From Candidatus Saccharimonadota bacterium (lineage in GTDB: Bacteria; Pseudomonadota; Gammaproteobacteria; Enterobacterales; Enterobacteriaceae): DNA of 32,000 bases. Numbering within the stretch: the stretch's first letter is position 1; each line of letters starts with the position of its first letter. A program made the position numbers and the translations under genes. Under the pieces are notes generated by a model, which did no database searches, had not been told where the DNA came from, and worked only from the letters and a program-made list of their open reading frames with translations. The stretch spans positions 30,001 to 62,000 of the forward strand of contig NZ_CP135009.1 of NCBI RefSeq assembly GCF_039383305.1. The letters run 5' to 3'. Of the stretch, positions 27,370 to 32,000 are shown in pieces.

Positions 27370-28163
27370 TGAATGAATCTAAAATTTTGACAATATTACA
27401 GATGTTTATGAATCAAAAAATTTTTTTAATTATGACTAGATTAATATTTATTTTCTTTTATATGCCAATGTTTGATACTCAGTATATTAGTAAAAAAATA
27501 AAAATTTTATTAATATATTGTATAAGTTATTTAATTAGTTTTTCAATTATTTTTAATGAAAATCAATATTTAATTCAAGATATTTTTTGTTTATTTTTAT
27601 ATCAAATTTTTCTTGGAATATGTATAGGATTAATTATTAAATATCTTTTTTCTTCTTTTTTTTTAACAAGTGAAATATTGAGTTCTTTATTAGGATTATC
27701 TTTTTTTTCATTTTTTGATAATAGTATAAAATCTCATTCTTTAATTTTGTTACGTTTTTTAAATATTTTTATCATTTTGACATTTCTTTCAATAGATGGT
27801 CATTTATTACTTTTAAAAATATTTTGCAAAAGTTTTGATTTTTTTCCTTTAATGTATTATAAAATTAATTTTTATTATCTTTTCTCTTTAATTAAATTCT
27901 CTTCTGTAATATTTTATAATGGTGTTTTAATAAGTTTATATATAATGTTTATAATTTTAATGGTACATATTATTTTGTTGTTATTATCACGTATGGTCCC
28001 AAATTTTTCTTTTTTTTCTTTATCTGTGTCTATTTTTTTTTTATTAGGTATGTTTTTATTAAGATTATTTATGCCAATTATAAGAATGTATTTAATTTTT
28101 TTATTTAGAAAAAATATTACTTATTTATTATTTTTTTTAAAAAATATAAATAATAAAATTTAA
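27369..28163 (+). CDS. fliR: Flagellar export gate protein FliR
   Basis: The 264-aa polytopic membrane ORF compares with 261 aa in E. coli. Its start overlaps the fliQ stop (TAATG). It is the last gene of the fliPQR order. Confidence 0.85.
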   Translation: MNESKILTILQMFMNQKIFLIMTRLIFIFFYMPMFDTQYISKKIKILLIYCISYLISFSIIFNENQYLIQDIFCLFLYQIFLGICIGLIIKYLFSSFFLTSEILSSLLGLSFFSFFDNSIKSHSLILLRFLNIFIILTFLSIDGHLLLLKIFCKSFDFFPLMYYKINFYYLFSLIKFSSVIFYNGVLISLYIMFIILMVHIILLLLSRMVPNFSFFSLSVSIFFLLGMFLLRLFMPIIRMYLIFLFRKNITYLLFFLKNINNKI

Positions 28164-28174
28164 AAAAAAATTTT

Positions 28175-28196
28175 GGGGATCTTTTTAAAGATCTCC
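28175..28196. terminator. GC-containing hairpin (GGGGATC-TTTTTAAA-GATCTCC region) in the convergent fliR/rpmG gap; likely bidirectional terminator
   Basis: GGGGATCTTT / AAAGATCTCC is an inverted repeat with one G-U position. It lies 12 nt after the fliR stop and 33 nt after the rpmG stop. T-rich runs follow on both strands. Confidence 0.5.
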
Positions 28197-28228
28197 AATT
28201 TTCTAATTTTTTATTTTAATATTAAAAA

Positions 28229-28396
28229 TTATTTTATTTTTTTTTCAATATATAAAACATGTTTTTTAATAATTGGATCATATTTTTTAAGTTTTAATTT
28301 TTCTGGTTTGTTTCTTTTATTTTTTGTTGTGGTATAAAAATGACCACTTTTTTTACTAGAAATCATTTTAATTTTTTCACGTTTACTTTTAGCCAT
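28229..28396 (-). CDS. rpmG: 50S ribosomal protein L33
   Basis: This gene is not in the ORF track (55 aa). The reverse strand reads [55 protein letters not shown], against E. coli [55 protein letters not shown]. It lies downstream of rpmB as in E. coli. Confidence 0.95.
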   Translation of the reverse strand: MAKSKREKIKMISSKKSGHFYTTTKNKRNKPEKLKLKKYDPIIKKHVLYIEKKIK

Positions 28397-28413
28397 ATTA
28401 TATTCCAATATTT

Positions 28414-28638
28414 TTAATTTTTAATATATTTTTTTAATATTTTAGAAATTCCATATTTATTAATTAATCTTAAAGCTTTTGTAGAAATTTTTAATGTAAT
28501 AAATTTTTTTTTTTGTGGATCCCAAAAACGATGTTTATGTAAATTTAAAAAAAATTTTCTTTTTGTAGCATTCATAGCATGTGATCTTTTATTACCATTT
28601 AAGGGTAATTTTTTAGTTATTTGACATATTTTAGTCAT
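28414..28638 (-). CDS. rpmB: 50S ribosomal protein L28
   Basis: The 74-aa [38 protein letters not shown] matches E. coli [35 protein letters not shown]. Confidence 0.95.
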   Translation of the reverse strand: MTKICQITKKLPLNGNKRSHAMNATKRKFFLNLHKHRFWDPQKKKFITLKISTKALRLINKYGISKILKKYIKN

Positions 28639-28650
28639 ATATATTTCTCT

Positions 28651-29196
28651 TTAAATTTTTTTATTTTTTTTTTGATATCTGGTATGTGCTGAAATAATAA
28701 TTGAGTGTGCTTTTTGGAGATTTTCTAATTTTATTTTTTTAGTCCATTTATTTTTTTCTAAATTTTTATAAGTAGTAAAAAAATGTATAATTTTTTTTTT
28801 GAAAAATTCTGAAAGATGCGAGATATCTTGTATATTTTGATATTCTTTTGTTAAAGAGGAATGAGGTACTGCGATAATTTTTTCATCTTTTCCTTTTTCA
28901 TCTTCCATATTTAATACCCCTATTGGGCGACACCTAATTATGACATTTGAATTTAAAGGATAAGTAGTAATAATCAAAATATCTAATGTATCATTATCTA
29001 AAGATAAAGTTTGATTAATATACCCATAATTACAGGGATAGAATATAGAAGTAGGAATAAATCTATCTACCATTAATAAATCATATTTTTGATTTTTTTC
29101 ATATTTTATAGGAGTAGATTGTGCTGAAATTTCTATAATTGCATATAAATCATTAGGAAAATTTTTTCCTATTGGAATTTTAGTATAATTAGACAT
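28651..29196 (-). CDS. ppa: Inorganic pyrophosphatase
   Basis: In the 181-aa ORF, [24 protein letters not shown] and [24 protein letters not shown] match E. coli Ppa [24 protein letters not shown] and [24 protein letters not shown]. Confidence 0.95.
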   Translation of the reverse strand: [181 protein letters not shown]

Positions 29197-29355
29197 TTTT
29201 TAGATTCTCTTTGTTAAAAAAATTTATAAAAAAACTTTAGTTATTTTTAAAAAGTTTTTTAATTGATATATATAATTGCTTAAATTATAATAATATAAAT
29301 TTTTATTTATAGTTTTTTATAATATTTAAAATATTTTTTTTGAATAGGATTGAAA

Positions 29356-30702
29356 ATGTTAGATTTTAATATCACAAATAATGAAAAAAAAATATTAATT
29401 CAATATTTAAAGTTTTCTTTAGAATATTTAAAGAAAAAAAAAATGATTGGTTTAGTTCAAATTGAAAAAAATAATAATTTTAATTTAATAATACGAAATA
29501 AAATTTTAGAAAATATAGAATATTCTTCTAATATTTCTATTTATATTACAGCATATTATAAACATCGTCAATTTAGTCTTATTTTAAGTCATGTAACAAA
29601 AAAAAATATTCAATGCGCTATAGATCGAATTTTTTTTATTATTCAAAATATGCAGAAAGATTTAGATTTAGGTTTACCTAAACTTAAAAATTTATATAAT
29701 CAAGATTTTAAATTAAATTTATTTTTTCCCTGGTCTTTTAATATATCTAAAATTAAAGATTTGGTATTATGTGTTGAAGATGCTGCTTTAAATTTTAGTA
29801 AAAAAATTATTAATTCAGAAGGTACAATTTTTAATAGTTTAATTAAAATAAAATTTTTAGGAAATAGTTTAAATTGGTTTAATTCTCAAATTTCTACAGA
29901 AAATTATTTGTGTAGTAACATTATAGCTGCTGATAAAAATAGTATGGAAACGAGTTCGGAATATTTTTTAGGGCGGGATATTAAAGATTTAAAAGATCCT
30001 TCAGTAATTGGTATAAAAAGTGCTAAAAAAAGTATTTCAAAGTTAGGATCTCGAAATATTCAAACTCAAATTTCTTCTATAATTTTTTCTTCTGAAGTAT
30101 CATCTAATTTATTTTTTTATCTTTTTAAAGCGTTAAATGGATATTCTGTATATAAAAAAACTACATTTTTGTTATATTTATTAAATACTAGAATTTTTCC
30201 TAAATGGTTAGATATTTATGAAAATCCATTTTATGATAAAGGATTATCTTCTAAATTATTTGATGGAGAAGGTGTTAAAACAATATGTAGAAAAATTGTA
30301 AAAAATGGAAAAATTAAAACATGGTTATTAGATACTTATTCGGGAAAAAAAATTTTTCAAGAAACTACAGGGCATTGTAGCGGAATACATAATTGGTTTA
30401 TTAATAGTCAAATTCCTAGATTATCTTTGAAGAAGTTATTAAAAAATATGAATAAAGGTATTTTAGTAACAGAATTAATGGGTGAAGGCGTAAATTTAAT
30501 GACTGGTGATTATTCAAAAGGTGCTTCTGGATTTTGGGTAGAAAATGGGGAAATAAAATATCCTATTAATAAATTTACTATTTCAGGTAATTTATTAAAA
30601 TTATGGAAAAATATTATAAATTTAGGAAATGATGCTAGAAAATATCAAAAAATTTCTTGTGCTTCAATTTTTTTATCTGAAATTCAAATTTCTGGAGTTT
30701 AA
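29356..30702 (+). CDS. pmbA: Metalloprotease PmbA (TldE)
   Basis: The ~448-aa ORF compares with 450 aa in E. coli. The C-terminal GILVTELMGEGVNLMTGDYSKGASGFWVENGEIKYPINKFTISGN is typical of the PmbA/TldD family. ATG 29356 has AGGA 7 nt upstream, whereas the ORF track starts at TTG 29350. Confidence 0.88.
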   Translation: MLDFNITNNEKKILIQYLKFSLEYLKKKKMIGLVQIEKNNNFNLIIRNKILENIEYSSNISIYITAYYKHRQFSLILSHVTKKNIQCAIDRIFFIIQNMQKDLDLGLPKLKNLYNQDFKLNLFFPWSFNISKIKDLVLCVEDAALNFSKKIINSEGTIFNSLIKIKFLGNSLNWFNSQISTENYLCSNIIAADKNSMETSSEYFLGRDIKDLKDPSVIGIKSAKKSISKLGSRNIQTQISSIIFSSEVSSNLFFYLFKALNGYSVYKKTTFLLYLLNTRIFPKWLDIYENPFYDKGLSSKLFDGEGVKTICRKIVKNGKIKTWLLDTYSGKKIFQETTGHCSGIHNWFINSQIPRLSLKKLLKNMNKGILVTELMGEGVNLMTGDYSKGASGFWVENGEIKYPINKFTISGNLLKLWKNIINLGNDARKYQKISCASIFLSEIQISGV

Positions 30703-30737
30703 TTTATTAGAAAATTTTTTATTTATATTATATTAGA

Positions 30738-31142
30738 AAATGAAGTTGACCGATAAGCCGGGTTCTGTTTTAAACAGTCATTTATCTAGATTAATAATTA
30801 CTTATTAATTCAAGCGACTTACCCGGGATTTTAATACGGGTTATATTATTAATCCCTGTTTAGTCTTGCACCAGGTGGAGTTTACCGCGCCAAAATTGTT
30901 ACCAATTTTGCGGTGCGCTCTTACCGCACCTTTTCATCCTTACCATTTATTTTTTTTAAAATAATATTTTTAAAAATTAAGTAATATATATTAAAAAAAA
31001 TGTTTAGGCGGTTTTTTTTCTGTAGCACTAGTCGTAAAATTTCTTTCCCCAGGTGTTACCTGGCACCTTTACCCTATGGAGCCCGGACTTTCCTCTATTT
31101 ATTACCAAAATGTAATAAAATAGCGACTGTTTAGTCAACTTC
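30738..31142 (-). ncRNA. rnpB: RNase P RNA (M1 RNA, type A)
   Basis: The minus strand starts GAAGUUGACUAAACAGUCGC and contains GAGGAAAGUCCGGGCUCCAUAGGGUAAAGGUGCCAGGUAACACCUGGGGA, GGUGCGGUAAGAGCGCACCGC and GGUAAACUCCACCUGGUGCAAG. It ends ACAGAACCCGGCUUAUCGGUCAACUUC. These are the universally conserved E. coli M1 blocks, and P1 pairs perfectly. The 3' end is approximate (+/-5 nt). Confidence 0.93.
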
Positions 31143-31999
31143 ATTTAAAAATTTTTCTTGAATCATTTTATTGTACAGAAAATTTTTTTTTATTCCATAT
31201 ATTTTTTGCATAATTTTTATTGAATTAGAAAAAGAAATTTCAGAAGATAATATTTGAAAAATTTTTTTCATATTTTGTGTAATTTTTTTTTTTTGATAGA
31301 TTTTTGAACCTTCTAAAATAATTACTATTTCACCTTTCCTTAAATTAACATTTTTTTTAAAAAATAAAAAAATTTCTTGCATTGTACCTGTAATAATTTG
31401 TTCCCATATTTTGGTTAATTCTCTTGCTATGGTAATTTTTCTTGTAGGTTCAATTTCTTGAGAAAGGATTTTTAGTGTTTGAATTAATCTTTTAGGAGAT
31501 TCGTAAAATATAATAGTTCTTTTTTCTTTTTTAATTTTTTTAATTTTTTTTTTTTTAAAATTTTTGTTAGAAGATAAAAAACCTTCATAACAAAATGAAC
31601 TAGTTTTTATTCCTGATGCACATAAAGCTGCAATTGCTGCGCAAGGACCTGGAATAGGTACTACTCTAATATTTTTTTTATGAGATTTTTTTACTAATAA
31701 AAAACCTGGATCATTAATTAAAGGTGTTCCAGCTTTTGAAACTAAAGCTATATTATATCCTTTTTTCAATTTTTTAATATATTTTATGGTATTTTTTTTT
31801 TCATTAATCTTATTTAACGAATATATTTTATTTATTATAGAAAAATTTTTTAAAAGTATTTTCGTATGATGTATATTTTCTGTAATAATAAAATCTACAG
31901 ATTTTAAAATATTGACCGAACGATATGATAAATCTTGTAGATTACCTATAGGGGTAGATACAATATATAATAATCCAATATTATTTTTTTTTTATACAT
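31131..31999 (-). CDS. rsmI: 16S rRNA 2'-O-ribose C1402 methyltransferase RsmI (YraL); frame interrupted at an A10 tract after the third codon
   Basis: The long frame reads ..NNIGLLYIVSTPIGNLQDLSYRSVNILKSVDFIITENIHHT..GYNIALVSKAGTPLINDPGFLLV..VPIPGPCAAIAAL..FCYEGFL..IFYESPKRL..ARELTKIWE, collinear with E. coli RsmI from residue ~13 to the end. The ORF track reports only the part after an internal TTG (31769). The only ATG (31999-31997) is out of frame by one A. Confidence 0.85.
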
Positions 32000-32000
32000 A

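Noticed and set aside
31143-31200. Search for a dedicated rnpB promoter just upstream of its 5' end, inside rsmI coding sequence
   Set aside because: No convincing -35/-10 pair at the right spacing could be read. Only generic A/T hexamers are present, so no promoter feature is reported.

Overview
The window reads as a very AT-rich (roughly 20% G+C by eye, not computed), gene-dense, highly reduced gammaproteobacterial endosymbiont genome. Gene content and order fit Buchnera aphidicola, probably one of the most reduced (Cinara/Lachninae-type) lineages, but I could not run a search to confirm this. Left to right: rplJ(partial)-rplA-rplK-nusG-secE (-), the thrU-tyrU-glyT-thrT tRNA operon (-), metF-argG-argH (+), rpoD-dnaG-rpsU (-), tsaD and cca (+), a degenerate crr-like ORF (-), ligA (+), tRNA-Val/tRNA-Lys (-), gltX (+), a flagellar block fliE (-) / fliF-G-H-I-J-M/N-O-P-Q-R (+), rpmG-rpmB-ppa (-), pmbA (+), RNase P RNA (-) and rsmI (-). 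I see no mobile elements, CRISPR arrays, prophage or defence genes, and no wholly new gene system. The unusual biology is reductive remodelling. The flagellar cluster is stripped to a basal-body/type III export core: FliG lacks its torque domain, fliK and fliL are absent, and fliM and fliN are fused in one frame. Three genes (fliH, rsmI, fliM/fliN) have reading frames that hinge on poly(A) tracts of 10-12 nt. fliH also carries five perfect 24-bp tandem repeats that extend a GxxxG ladder. An orphan crr relic has lost both catalytic histidines. All six tRNA genes lack encoded CCA, while cca keeps only its transferase head. The rsmI stop overlaps the 5' end of rnpB.
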